Virus record (IMG/VR): IMGVR_UViG_3300020428_001187
Span: 4,245-68,244 of that record
Origin: a virus
DNA: 64,000 nt
Reading direction: 5' to 3' (one strand)
The notes under the pieces were generated by a model. It saw only the letters and a program-made list of their open reading frames with translations, had not been told where the DNA came from and did not search any database. Position 1 is the first letter of the stretch; each line of letters opens with the position of its first letter. A program made the position numbers and the translations under genes. Shown one piece after another: positions 19,745 to 28,664 of this stretch.

Positions 19745-20011
19745 TTAGTATTTCAAATGTGGACACGCCAACATGAAATAAGATAACTCTTTTGGATCTT
19801 CAAAACCCACAGTAACATTATTTTGGTATTGGTTTTCTCTATCCAAAACCAAAGTTTTGCCTATAAAGTATCTGCCTTTGAGATTATTTCCAATCCACTT
19901 ATGAAGTGCGGTTTCAAAGTTATATTGTTGTTGGAAATGAGTGTATTCGAAATGAGGAGCCTGAAAATCAACCTCTCTCATTTCAAAAAAGTTTAATGCA
20001 TTTGGTTTCAT
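19745..20011 (-). CDS. Hypothetical protein
   Basis: ATG 20011 overlaps the stop of the VWA gene. Confidence 0.6.
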   Translation of the reverse strand: MKPNALNFFEMREVDFQAPHFEYTHFQQQYNFETALHKWIGNNLKGRYFIGKTLVLDRENQYQNNVTVGFEDPKELSYFMLACPHLKY

Positions 20012-21318
20012 CTTGCCTCTTCGTAATGACAAGTAAGACCGAATGGCGCCTGTAAATTCTTATCGTGATGTCCGTGGATTACAAATACTGTATCACAGTA
20101 ACTTTCATCACCCCAGCTATCCCAAGGATAACCATCAGTAAACATTATGAATCTCTTAGGAACAATATCCTGTTCTTTCATATATTCCCAATTGGCATTG
20201 AAGTCTGTTCCACCGCCACCCATTAATTGATACTGATTAAGATCCATACCATTATCAGCAGTAAAGTCTTGTTCGTTGTAAACCTTAGTATCAAAACACC
20301 ATACCTTAATGTTATAGTCTTGATACTCTGACATAATGCCTTGTACTTCTCCTAAGAAGTCTGCACCTTGTTCGTTACCAATCGAACCTGACATATCAAT
20401 ACCAATACAAATATCAATTGTTTCGTCATAGTTAATACCAGGAAGAACTGCTCCTGTGTGCCAACCTTTTCTGCTAGGACGTATGTAAGTATAGTCGTTC
20501 TTAATAGTTGACTGAATCTGTTGTCTAAGAATCTCTCTCCAATTCATCTTAGGCTCTGTAAGTTCCTTGATCATTCTTTCAATCTCTGCAGGAACCTTAC
20601 CAGCACCAGCGGCCTGTGCCGCACCCATCATACTTTCTTTAATCTCATCTCTGATCTTTTTAAGTTCTTCTTTAGAGTAACTAGGTTGTCCTTGACCTTT
20701 CTTGTTACCCTTCTTGCTAGGTGCCTTCTGATTATCTTGGCTATCTTTATCCCAGTCAATATGTTCGTCAAGTAATTGACCTAATTGTTTTAATTCTTCT
20801 TCATCATACTTCTTGTAGATGTCATCATATACTTCTTCTGAAGTTTTACCATCATATTTAAAGTCTTGGAAAATTGGAATATCTGCAGGCTTCTTACCAA
20901 TACCATCTCTAACAAGTGTATTGTTTACAATATAGTCTGCCGCGATATTATGTATCTGTGGATCTCTATCTTCTCTACGTGTCATGTGATCAAATACACA
21001 ATGAAGTATTTCATGTGCAATAACGAATTCAATTTCTTTGTTATCCATCTTAGCAAAGAATGGAACACTATAATATAAATGTCTACCATCAGTTGCGGCA
21101 GTAGGACACCAATCACTAGCTTCTTTAATGATAAGTCTAGTTGCCATATTACCAAAGAAAGGATGTCTAAGTAGTAAGCCTACTCTTGCTACAATAATCT
21201 TATCTAGAACTTCTGCTTTAAGTTCGTCAGTAATTTCAATTTCTGGTATTTTTTTGATCTCTTCGTATCTATCTAATACTTCTTGATCTTGTGTTGCTAT
21301 ATTAGTCATGTGTGCCAT
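20008..21318 (-). CDS. DUF2201-like metallopeptidase + VWA domain protein
   Basis: TAATDG, HEILH (HExxH), IDMSGS (MIDAS), GGGGTDF, FTDGY. Confidence 0.85.
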   Translation of the reverse strand: MAHMTNIATQDQEVLDRYEEIKKIPEIEITDELKAEVLDKIIVARVGLLLRHPFFGNMATRLIIKEASDWCPTAATDGRHLYYSVPFFAKMDNKEIEFVIAHEILHCVFDHMTRREDRDPQIHNIAADYIVNNTLVRDGIGKKPADIPIFQDFKYDGKTSEEVYDDIYKKYDEEELKQLGQLLDEHIDWDKDSQDNQKAPSKKGNKKGQGQPSYSKEELKKIRDEIKESMMGAAQAAGAGKVPAEIERMIKELTEPKMNWREILRQQIQSTIKNDYTYIRPSRKGWHTGAVLPGINYDETIDICIGIDMSGSIGNEQGADFLGEVQGIMSEYQDYNIKVWCFDTKVYNEQDFTADNGMDLNQYQLMGGGGTDFNANWEYMKEQDIVPKRFIMFTDGYPWDSWGDESYCDTVFVIHGHHDKNLQAPFGLTCHYEEAR

Positions 21319-21341
21319 CTTTTCCTAATTGTTATATGTAT

Positions 21342-21370
21342 ATTATAGTATATTTAATTGAGTTTGTCAA
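21342..21370 (-). promoter_or_regulatory. Sigma70-type promoter TTGACA-N17-TATAAT
   Basis: Perfect consensus; spacer also contains TAAATA. Confidence 0.8.
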
Positions 21371-21372
21371 CC

Positions 21373-21407
21373 AAAAAGAGCGGGGAGAACCAAAAAAGAT
21401 CCTCCCC
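21373..21407 (-). terminator. Rho-independent terminator
   Basis: GGGGAGGATC...GGTTCTCCCC stem (two G-U pairs) followed by GCTCTTTTT, after the AAA ATPase stop. Confidence 0.65.
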
Positions 21408-21421
21408 TAATAGCCAAAATA

Positions 21422-22513
21422 TTAGCTACCATCTCCTTGTGCGGCTTTAATATACTTGCCGAAACGTTCATGGAACTCATCAAAGCACTCAACTTCATCT
21501 GGATCGATTGGAAGTTGATATTGTGTAAGAGCTAATTTGATACCCATGACAACCAATTCGGTATCAAAATTGTCCATCGCAAAACGTAAAAAGTTATTAA
21601 CTTTGTCGTCAAACTTTTTATCGCTCTTATCACTAGCTTCTTTCAACTCATAACACAATGAAACAGTCAAGGAATACATGGCACTGATTTCTTTAGTTTC
21701 CATTGTTTTTACCTTACCAGCAAGTACTTCGCTAGGGTTAGGTAATTGAGCTGACACTTTTCTGTGTGCCATAAACTTAACGGCTAGTCCTTCGCCGACT
21801 GAACCACTAACAAGATCTGTTGTGGTTGTTTCATCGTCATCGTCTTCCAATAAATCGGAAACAAATGACCACGAACGAGGTGTAGCAAAAGAACGACTTG
21901 GACTCTTAGGATCAAAGTCATATAAGTCCTTCTTGCTAAATGACAAGTAACCTACTACATCTTGGTGTACATCATTTTGTACTGCCCAAGCAAACCAGTC
22001 ATCAAAGTCCACTTTAATTTCTAAGTGAACAAATCTGTTTGCCAATGGACTTGGCATCCTGTAAGTTACACCTTTATCTGCTTCTCTGTTACCAGCGGCA
22101 ACAATCAAAACATTATCAGGTAATTTATAAGTACCAACCCTTCTATTAAGAATAAGTTGATATGCCGCGGCTTGTACTGCCGGAGCGGCTGAATTCATTT
22201 CGTCTAAGAATAAAATAATATGCTTATGCTTCTTAGCCAATTTTTCATCTGGCAATTCAACAGGCGGTGCCCATTTCATTGTATTATCGTTTGCCGCATA
22301 ATAAGGGATACCCTTAATGTCTGTTGGATCCCATAATGACAATCTAATGTCAATTACTAATGCTGACATATCTGAACCAATTTGTCCAACGATGTCTGAT
22401 TTACCAATACCTGGAGGTCCCCAAATAAAAATTGGTCTTTGTTTTTTGAATGCCCTAATAATGCTCTTCTTTGCACCATTTGGACTAACTTGTCTAACTG
22501 CGATGTTTTCCAC
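21422..22513 (-). CDS. MoxR-like AAA+ ATPase
   Basis: Walker A GPPGIGKS, Walker B LFLDEMN, AAGN, PLANRF; adjacent VWA partner. Confidence 0.9.
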   Translation of the reverse strand: MENIAVRQVSPNGAKKSIIRAFKKQRPIFIWGPPGIGKSDIVGQIGSDMSALVIDIRLSLWDPTDIKGIPYYAANDNTMKWAPPVELPDEKLAKKHKHIILFLDEMNSAAPAVQAAAYQLILNRRVGTYKLPDNVLIVAAGNREADKGVTYRMPSPLANRFVHLEIKVDFDDWFAWAVQNDVHQDVVGYLSFSKKDLYDFDPKSPSRSFATPRSWSFVSDLLEDDDDETTTTDLVSGSVGEGLAVKFMAHRKVSAQLPNPSEVLAGKVKTMETKEISAMYSLTVSLCYELKEASDKSDKKFDDKVNNFLRFAMDNFDTELVVMGIKLALTQYQLPIDPDEVECFDEFHERFGKYIKAAQGDGS

Positions 22514-22573
22514 TTTGTACTCCTTTGTTACGTTTTGTTTTCAGTGCCATACTTAATTTCTAAGTATGTATAT

Positions 22574-22602
22574 ATAATAACACCTATTACTCAAAAGGTC
22601 AA
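22574..22602 (-). promoter_or_regulatory. Sigma70-type promoter TTGACC-N17-TATTAT
   Basis: Near-consensus boxes with 17-nt spacer in the intergenic region. Confidence 0.65.
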
Positions 22603-22643
22603 CCAGAAAATGCAATTTTTTTAAGAAAAATTATGTAGTAAAA

Positions 22644-23039
22644 TCAAGGGTTTACCAATTCATCTGTCCGTTTTAGAGCTTTGTTCAAGCCATATTTTCG
22701 GACATCACCACTGAAAAGATGCAGTTCGAGTGCTTTCTTTTCTTCCGTTACTGTGATTCCACGATTGGTTAGGTAGTATGGACAGTCAATAAACTTGTCC
22801 AAAAATATAATAACTTGGGTAGTTATTTTAAAGTCTGCTGGAAATGGAACTTCATACGTAGCTAGTTCTATCTTTTCCATTAAGAAAAGCATACCTTCTT
22901 CTGTTAGTCTAAGACCACCAGTTTCTTTACCTCTAGTATTCTGCCACCACTTAGGCATATACTCTGCCATAGAGCTATCGCTTATTGCAATATCGGCCTG
23001 TTTCAAGAATACCTTGGTATAGGTTTCTTTCCAGTTCAT
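22644..23039 (-). CDS. Hypothetical protein
   Basis: Stop/start coupled ORF. Confidence 0.65.
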   Translation of the reverse strand: MNWKETYTKVFLKQADIAISDSSMAEYMPKWWQNTRGKETGGLRLTEEGMLFLMEKIELATYEVPFPADFKITTQVIIFLDKFIDCPYYLTNRGITVTEEKKALELHLFSGDVRKYGLNKALKRTDELVNP

Positions 23040-23329
23040 TACTCTTCCTTAACTGTTTCGCCGGAAGTTAACTTAACAACTGTAAAGTCTTCGCTTGTAA
23101 AAAGGTCGTTTAATTTTTTAGCTAAATTGTGTGCATGGCCTGGATTAGAGAAAGATACCTTTTTGTATTTAGGTCCAGGGTAGTTTGTTAGTGTGTTAGA
23201 ACTTTTCAAATTAAAAGGCTTATCTTTGTGAAAGACGGCCCATATAGCTTCAGCCTCCAAGACCTGCTCGGACTTGTAAGTTTTTCTATTGATATTTTCT
23301 AAAACAACTGTTGGTTTAGGTCTGCTCAT
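23039..23329 (-). CDS. Hypothetical protein
   Basis: GAGG SD; late promoter GATAAATA at 23349-23356. Confidence 0.65.
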   Translation of the reverse strand: MSRPKPTVVLENINRKTYKSEQVLEAEAIWAVFHKDKPFNLKSSNTLTNYPGPKYKKVSFSNPGHAHNLAKKLNDLFTSEDFTVVKLTSGETVKEE

Positions 23330-23395
23330 TTGTTATCCTCTATACATATATTTATCTCAAAGAGATAGTAATATACGTAGTTTATAGGATAACTG

Positions 23396-23638
23396 CTACC
23401 ACTGTTGACCGCCGTCTGCGGTAACGTTAATGACTTCTTCTGTTTTATTTTGTTGATCTACTAGCTTCTCTAAATCACCATGCAATCTAGACATTACTTC
23501 GCCTAGTGTAAATGCAAGTATCTTAGATTCTTGTAGTGTAAGTCTGATCTCAGGTTGCTTACTAGCATCAGCAACTTTTACTCTATCAATGAACTGTTGA
23601 AGTGGTATAGGGTTTAAAGGTTTAACCTCTGTTGACAT
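23396..23638 (-). CDS. Hypothetical protein
   Basis: AGGAG SD, ORF tiling. Confidence 0.6.
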   Translation of the reverse strand: MSTEVKPLNPIPLQQFIDRVKVADASKQPEIRLTLQESKILAFTLGEVMSRLHGDLEKLVDQQNKTEEVINVTADGGQQW

Positions 23639-24104
23639 TACTTAACTCCTGACGCATTTCTAATTCAGTCTTAAATGGTCCTTTATGTTGATACTTCTCT
23701 AGTGTAACTAGCTTCGGACAAAAACTTTTTACCCAACCCTTTTCAAAACTAATGCAAAAATAACCTGCACAGTATAGGCTCTTGGATTTTTTACTTTTTG
23801 TAAACAATGCAAATTTACGTTTTAAATCAAACATAGCATTGTAAGGCGTAGTTGATGTAGGTAGTTTGTATATCTCTTTACTTACATCTTGTTTATCTGA
23901 TATTGTACCTTTTGTCCATAGTATCTCACCAAGTGTCTTTTCTACTTGGTTCTTATTATCATAGAAGTATGAACCAGTGTCGCAACTATACATATATCTA
24001 TTGTCATTATCTTTGGATAACGTGCCAACTTTATTCTTACTGTCAGCATCCTCGATGATCCAAAATTTATTTTTTAAAATTTCTTTTGCTTTTAAACTTG
24101 TCAT
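23622..24104 (-). CDS. Hypothetical protein
   Basis: ATGA overlap with rnh. Confidence 0.65.
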   Translation of the reverse strand: MTSLKAKEILKNKFWIIEDADSKNKVGTLSKDNDNRYMYSCDTGSYFYDNKNQVEKTLGEILWTKGTISDKQDVSKEIYKLPTSTTPYNAMFDLKRKFALFTKSKKSKSLYCAGYFCISFEKGWVKSFCPKLVTLEKYQHKGPFKTELEMRQELSNVNRG

Positions 24105-25087
24105 AATACAGGATACCTCGCTTGTAATGGCTCAGCATAAGCCTGAGCATTATCAGTTATTCTTTGCATATCATATAATGCACAGAATTTCATTAGACGC
24201 AACCCAACTTGCTTTATGTTCTTAGGTTGTGCATTTTCTTTAATTGTTGTCATAATCTTTTCTTTTACATTTTCAGGTTGTGCAGAAAGATCACATAGCA
24301 TTACATTTCTATTATAGTCATCTAATACTCTGTGTTCCTTACCATCATGATCAACCCAACGTTGTAACATCAAGTTATTCCAAGCATAGCCTTTGTTGCT
24401 TTTATCTGCAAATGCCTCTTGTAAGCCTACTTTGTTCTTTGTGCCTTTTACTCTAACGCCAGGGTAAGCACTAAACACGTTATCACTAGTGTCACCTCGC
24501 ATACATTTTTCAAACAATAACCACTCAGGGTTAGGTGCAGGCTTCTCTTGTTTAGTCTTGTTATCAATTACACGTTTACCCTTATCATCAAAGTAACCTT
24601 CATGTGTAATAGTTGTATTGCTAACACCATTGTATTGTGCAACCTTAGGACTAATCAATTGTGCAAAGTCACCATCTGTACTGATAATAACGTGTTCATC
24701 ATCAGGGTGTGCTTGTACCCAACCTGCAATCAAATCATCTGCTTCAAGTTCATCATGTTGTAGAACTGTACAGTTTGTTTTTTCTGTAATAAAATTCTTA
24801 AAATTATCAAACGTTTCCCAGAACGTTTTTTCTTCTTGTTGTTGTGCTTCTGTTAGTGCATCACGTGATTCTTGTCTATTACGTTTGTATGGAGCATAAA
24901 CATCTTTACGCCAACTTCTACCTTCCATACAAAATACAATATGATCAGCATCGAAATCATTCCATGCCTTTTTCAAACTATTAAAAGTAATATGAAATGC
25001 CATACCTACCTTTATATCCAATTCGCCTCGTACTACATGGCGAGCTCTAAAGAAAGTATTAGCAGTATCTACCAAAACATATTTCAT
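24101..25087 (-). CDS. rnh: T4 RNase H-like 5'-3' exonuclease (FEN/PIN)
   Basis: LVD..N, YKRNR, LEADDLI, ISTDGDF, GDTSDNV. Confidence 0.85.
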   Translation of the reverse strand: MKYVLVDTANTFFRARHVVRGELDIKVGMAFHITFNSLKKAWNDFDADHIVFCMEGRSWRKDVYAPYKRNRQESRDALTEAQQQEEKTFWETFDNFKNFITEKTNCTVLQHDELEADDLIAGWVQAHPDDEHVIISTDGDFAQLISPKVAQYNGVSNTTITHEGYFDDKGKRVIDNKTKQEKPAPNPEWLLFEKCMRGDTSDNVFSAYPGVRVKGTKNKVGLQEAFADKSNKGYAWNNLMLQRWVDHDGKEHRVLDDYNRNVMLCDLSAQPENVKEKIMTTIKENAQPKNIKQVGLRLMKFCALYDMQRITDNAQAYAEPLQARYPVL

Positions 25088-25121
25088 AACATTAACCTAT
25101 TTAATTTACTATTATGTTTAA

Positions 25122-25150
25122 ATTATAGCACAAAATTAGCACGTTGTCAA
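25122..25150 (-). promoter_or_regulatory. Sigma70-type promoter TTGACA-N17-TATAAT
   Basis: Perfect consensus with TG extended -10. Confidence 0.8.
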
Positions 25151-25530
25151 CTAACTTCTGTCTTACCGTCTTTTCGTTTATTGATCTTTATATGACCAGC
25201 TTCTCTTTTAGGATCCAAACCTTGTTCTTCCAAAATGTTTCTTGCAATAGTTTTGAACCATGCATCAACAATCTGCTCATTTGTTTCCCCAGAATAACCT
25301 GCATCAAGTAGTTGTTCAATAAATTCGTTATTCCAATCAAGCTCAAAGAACCCATTCTTAATGTCTTTTTCATTAACATGAGTATTCAAAACTGCAACCC
25401 AAGGTTTTTTGTCTTTTGTTGCTTGTTTCTTTTCTTCTTGTAAAAGACGCAGTCTTTTCTCTTCAGATGTTTCTGCAACCTTTTCTTTCTTAACGAACTT
25501 ATCTTTAACTTTGTTTATAAAGTCTTTCAT
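25147..25530 (-). CDS. Hypothetical protein
   Basis: GFFELDWN core; ATGA overlap with the upstream gene. Confidence 0.65.
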   Translation of the reverse strand: MKDFINKVKDKFVKKEKVAETSEEKRLRLLQEEKKQATKDKKPWVAVLNTHVNEKDIKNGFFELDWNNEFIEQLLDAGYSGETNEQIVDAWFKTIARNILEEQGLDPKREAGHIKINKRKDGKTEVS

Positions 25531-25868
25531 AAGTTTTTTCCTTTTATTGTCCAATCCGTGCCATAACTAATAATACAATAGCTCTCATAACCAGGATGGT
25601 ACTCTATTATTGTATATGATTTTGTCGTTGGACTGACGTATATTGACAGCGGCAAATATGCCGGAATACCTGACAATCCAGTTCCATCACGTACAGTTGT
25701 TATTTGGATTGACTCAAATAGTTTGATTTCTCCTCTATTTGCCAACCCTTGTTTCATTTCAGATTCGGTAACACAAACGATTGGTTTGTCTTGCCATTCG
25801 CCTGCATTCGCATCTGTGTAAACTGCTACCGCAGTAAATAAAATTAGTATTGCTATTAATAATCTCAT
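25527..25868 (-). CDS. Secreted/membrane-anchored hypothetical protein
   Basis: Signal-peptide-like N-terminus ending ANA; AGGAGG SD. Confidence 0.6.
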   Translation of the reverse strand: MRLLIAILILFTAVAVYTDANAGEWQDKPIVCVTESEMKQGLANRGEIKLFESIQITTVRDGTGLSGIPAYLPLSIYVSPTTKSYTIIEYHPGYESYCIISYGTDWTIKGKNL

Positions 25869-25878
25869 AATGGCCTCC

Positions 25879-26775
25879 TTAAGTGCCTATTGCATTTCCG
25901 AATAGATAAACGTGTACTCTTGCCGCCACATTATATCCTCGTTGAAAAGCCAGTTTAGCAACGTCTCCGGCTGTTGCAGTTTGCTCTTCTTCTCTGGCTC
26001 CTACAGGCATAACCCATACAGGCCAATCTACACCTTCTGCTCTAAATTTTTCTATAGCAGAATCCATTTCGTCCCATTGTCTTTGCTCAGAGCCTACAAC
26101 AAATTTTAATTGTCCTGCTTTAGAAACTTGTCTGTATTCTCCAACTACTTCTGGAATAATTGCTTTTTTAGATTCTTCACCTGATACTGTAAACAGTTTA
26201 GGACTACAACTAAAGAATACTTCTTGATCAATTCCTGTAGCCCATTCTTTAAAAGGCTCTTTTAACTTTTGTGTACCGTTAGTTTCAAAAGTCATCGACT
26301 CGGGTAAATTACCTTGTTTTAATAATTCTTCATATATACCAACACTTGCTAACTGTCCTGTAACCATCAAAGGCTCACCACCAGTGAAACATAAGTGTTG
26401 TCTTTGTTTACTCATAGGGTGTAAGAACTTACCTTCTGGGTTCGACTCTGTCTTTAGTATATCAACAATCTTATTTGCTAACACACTAGGAACTTCCTGT
26501 CCCATTAGATGTTTATATTTCTTTGCCCAAGTATAAGAACTATCACAACCTTTTTCCCACACAGGCAAGTCTTCAACTCTTTTTACCTGACTAACGTCAT
26601 AATCCAAAAACGGCAAATCGTATGTTTCTGGATTTGTAGGATCTATCTGTCCAAAGCCACTACATTGTAGATTGCATAGAAAGAAACGTATCCAAGCAGT
26701 AGGCACACCTGTATAGTGTCCTTCACCTTGTATGGAATGAAATATCTCACTGTAATATACTTTTTTCTCTGCCAT
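25879..26775 (-). CDS. queE: 7-carboxy-7-deazaguanine synthase (radical SAM)
   Basis: EIFHSIQGEG..TGVP...IRF..CNLQC, GCDS, TGGEP, ETNGT, SPKL, RVH. Confidence 0.9.
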   Translation of the reverse strand: MAEKKVYYSEIFHSIQGEGHYTGVPTAWIRFFLCNLQCSGFGQIDPTNPETYDLPFLDYDVSQVKRVEDLPVWEKGCDSSYTWAKKYKHLMGQEVPSVLANKIVDILKTESNPEGKFLHPMSKQRQHLCFTGGEPLMVTGQLASVGIYEELLKQGNLPESMTFETNGTQKLKEPFKEWATGIDQEVFFSCSPKLFTVSGEESKKAIIPEVVGEYRQVSKAGQLKFVVGSEQRQWDEMDSAIEKFRAEGVDWPVWVMPVGAREEEQTATAGDVAKLAFQRGYNVAARVHVYLFGNAIGT

Positions 26776-26777
26776 AT

Positions 26778-26963
26778 TTAATCACTTATTTTACAAAGGG
26801 GTTCATCAAAATAACTATCGTTATAGTCACCGTTACTATGAAACTGTCTTACAGTACTTTCTTTTACAAGCATACCGTTCTTCTTACGATACGTAATGAA
26901 CTCTTGTTTCACAACGCCTACAGTATCACGTTCTACGTGAGCTTTCATTGGACCATCCTCCAT
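26778..26963 (-). CDS. Small hypothetical protein
   Basis: GAGGAG SD, stop/start coupling. Confidence 0.55.
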   Translation of the reverse strand: MEDGPMKAHVERDTVGVVKQEFITYRKKNGMLVKESTVRQFHSNGDYNDSYFDEPLCKISD

Positions 26964-27211
26964 TATACAATCTCCTCTATGATTCCTAAAACTTCTGCTA
27001 AGAACAGAACTGCTCCTGCTCCCATTAACATAAAACCGGAATCAGCAATAAAAATATCTGAATATTCATTTGCTGACCACAGTATATACCCTGCCCAAAC
27101 TAAAAGTCCACTTGCTACAAATCTGAAAACACTTTTTACTAGACTTATTGCAAAGTGATTGTCGCCTGGATCTTTACTTGCGGGGATAATAATCTTTTCT
27201 GGTATTGGCAT
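26963..27211 (-). CDS. Small membrane protein
   Basis: Two hydrophobic helices; ATG 27211 after AGGAG. Confidence 0.6.
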   Translation of the reverse strand: MPIPEKIIIPASKDPGDNHFAISLVKSVFRFVASGLLVWAGYILWSANEYSDIFIADSGFMLMGAGAVLFLAEVLGIIEEIV

Positions 27212-27212
27212 C

Positions 27213-27323
27213 TTATACTCCTGCATGATTGGCCGCTAGTATTAAACCAAATGCAAATACTAATCCAACCCATATTGTTGGTAGGTTATCTAATATAACC
27301 CATTTAAAACTTTTCTTATTCAT
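27213..27323 (-). CDS. 36-aa single-TM protein (absent from ORF track)
   Basis: MNKKSFKWVILDNLPTIWVGLVFAFGLILAANHAGV fills the gap exactly. Confidence 0.55.
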   Translation of the reverse strand: MNKKSFKWVILDNLPTIWVGLVFAFGLILAANHAGV

Positions 27324-27699
27324 GCTCACCACCTGGATCACCTTTAGGCAAGTTTACTTTATAAGGATTACCATTTTTATCTCTCATAATAACATGACCT
27401 CTGCCTCTACCATATGAGTGATATCCTTTAACAAAGTTAAAGGCGTTTGGATTACTTTCAGCAACCTTAAATGTTGCAACAGTAATAACCACTCCTCCGA
27501 TAAACATGATATGAGCAATAGCACTAATACCAAATGCCCATACACTATCTACAATTAAAATTGCAAAAATACTTGACCACATAAATGCTAACACCTGCAT
27601 CATCATATGACGCACTTGTAAGTCTGGAATATGTCTTAATGGATTAATCTTATGATCCATAATACCATTCCAACCTGATACAATCCATTCCTTAATCAC
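27316..27699 (-). CDS. Membrane protein
   Basis: Two TM segments; GTG start 27699 after AGGAG. Confidence 0.55.
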   Translation of the reverse strand: MIKEWIVSGWNGIMDHKINPLRHIPDLQVRHMMMQVLAFMWSSIFAILIVDSVWAFGISAIAHIMFIGGVVITVATFKVAESNPNAFNFVKGYHSYGRGRGHVIMRDKNGNPYKVNLPKGDPGGEHE

Positions 27700-28378
27700 G
27701 TGCAAACTCCTGTTGTAATTTGATGTTATCCATAAACTCTTTTTTAGTACCCATGTCTTTTTCAAATGCACCACGTAAGACTGTAGTTTGTGTTAAACTA
27801 CTTCTTGCCATAATACCTCTGTTCTCACAACAACCATGTGTTGCTTGAATGTAAACACCTACGTTAGGACTGTTAGTTGCTTGTTGAATCTCATTAGCAA
27901 TAACATTATTAAGTTCTTCTTGTAGTGTTCCACGTCTTGCACACCATTGGGCAATACGTGTGTACTTAGAAAGTCCTATAAGTGTTTCCGCGGCAATAAT
28001 ACCAATGTATGCAACACCACTCACTGGTTGGTGATGATGTGAACACATACTTTTAATTTCGCTTCTTACAACAAGCATACCTTTATAGCCATCTTCAATA
28101 TGATTAGGAAATGCAGTTGCATTAGGCATTGGGTTATAACGACCTGACATTAGTTCATTGATGTACATCTTTGCTAGACGTTTACCAGTGTCCATACTGT
28201 TAGGATCATTAAAACGATCTATAACCAAGCTATCAAGCACTTCTTCAAACTTTGGTGTAAGTTCTTCGATAAGTGCTTCTTTGTCACCTGGTTGTAGATG
28301 CTTAGATATGTTGTCACCAGCCCAGTATCTATCTCCTGAGTCTTGTAACTTCTGTATTATTTCTTCACTTTTCTTCAA
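27692..28378 (-). CDS. folE: GTP cyclohydrolase I
   Basis: SMCSHH, GLSK..R, LQEEL, HGCCENRG. Confidence 0.95.
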   Translation of the reverse strand: MKKSEEIIQKLQDSGDRYWAGDNISKHLQPGDKEALIEELTPKFEEVLDSLVIDRFNDPNSMDTGKRLAKMYINELMSGRYNPMPNATAFPNHIEDGYKGMLVVRSEIKSMCSHHHQPVSGVAYIGIIAAETLIGLSKYTRIAQWCARRGTLQEELNNVIANEIQQATNSPNVGVYIQATHGCCENRGIMARSSLTQTTVLRGAFEKDMGTKKEFMDNIKLQQEFARD

Positions 28379-28385
28379 TTCTCTT

Positions 28386-28412
28386 CTCCGATGTTAAGGC
28401 AGTGGATTGCCT
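28386..28412 (-). promoter_or_regulatory. Candidate cis-regulatory RNA (hairpin/pseudoknot) in the folE leader
   Basis: AGGCA-AUCCAC-UGCCU stem-loop; loop UCC complementary to GGA of the SD. Confidence 0.4.
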
Positions 28413-28423
28413 GTACTCTAAAT

Positions 28424-28452
28424 AGTATACACTTATTTAGGTTTTTTGTCAA
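28424..28452 (-). promoter_or_regulatory. Sigma70-type promoter TTGACA-N17-TATACT with embedded TAAATA
   Basis: Read directly upstream of folE. Confidence 0.75.
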
Positions 28453-28454
28453 GT

Positions 28455-28664
28455 TTATTCTGGAAAATATCTGTTCAATACTTCCAATTCATCCATGTAC
28501 TGAGCGATGACAGCCAATTCTTTTTCGACTGCTTCTAATACGTCCGGATGCTCACCAATACCAACACTATTATCTAAGTAAACATTAACATTCATTTTAT
28601 GTTTGTCAATGTGCCCTTGTGCATGGCTCTTAAGTGCTTTGATCATTTCTGTTCTATTAGACAT
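28455..28664 (-). CDS. Small hypothetical protein
   Basis: VGIGEHPD motif; AGGA SD. Confidence 0.65.
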   Translation of the reverse strand: MSNRTEMIKALKSHAQGHIDKHKMNVNVYLDNSVGIGEHPDVLEAVEKELAVIAQYMDELEVLNRYFPE

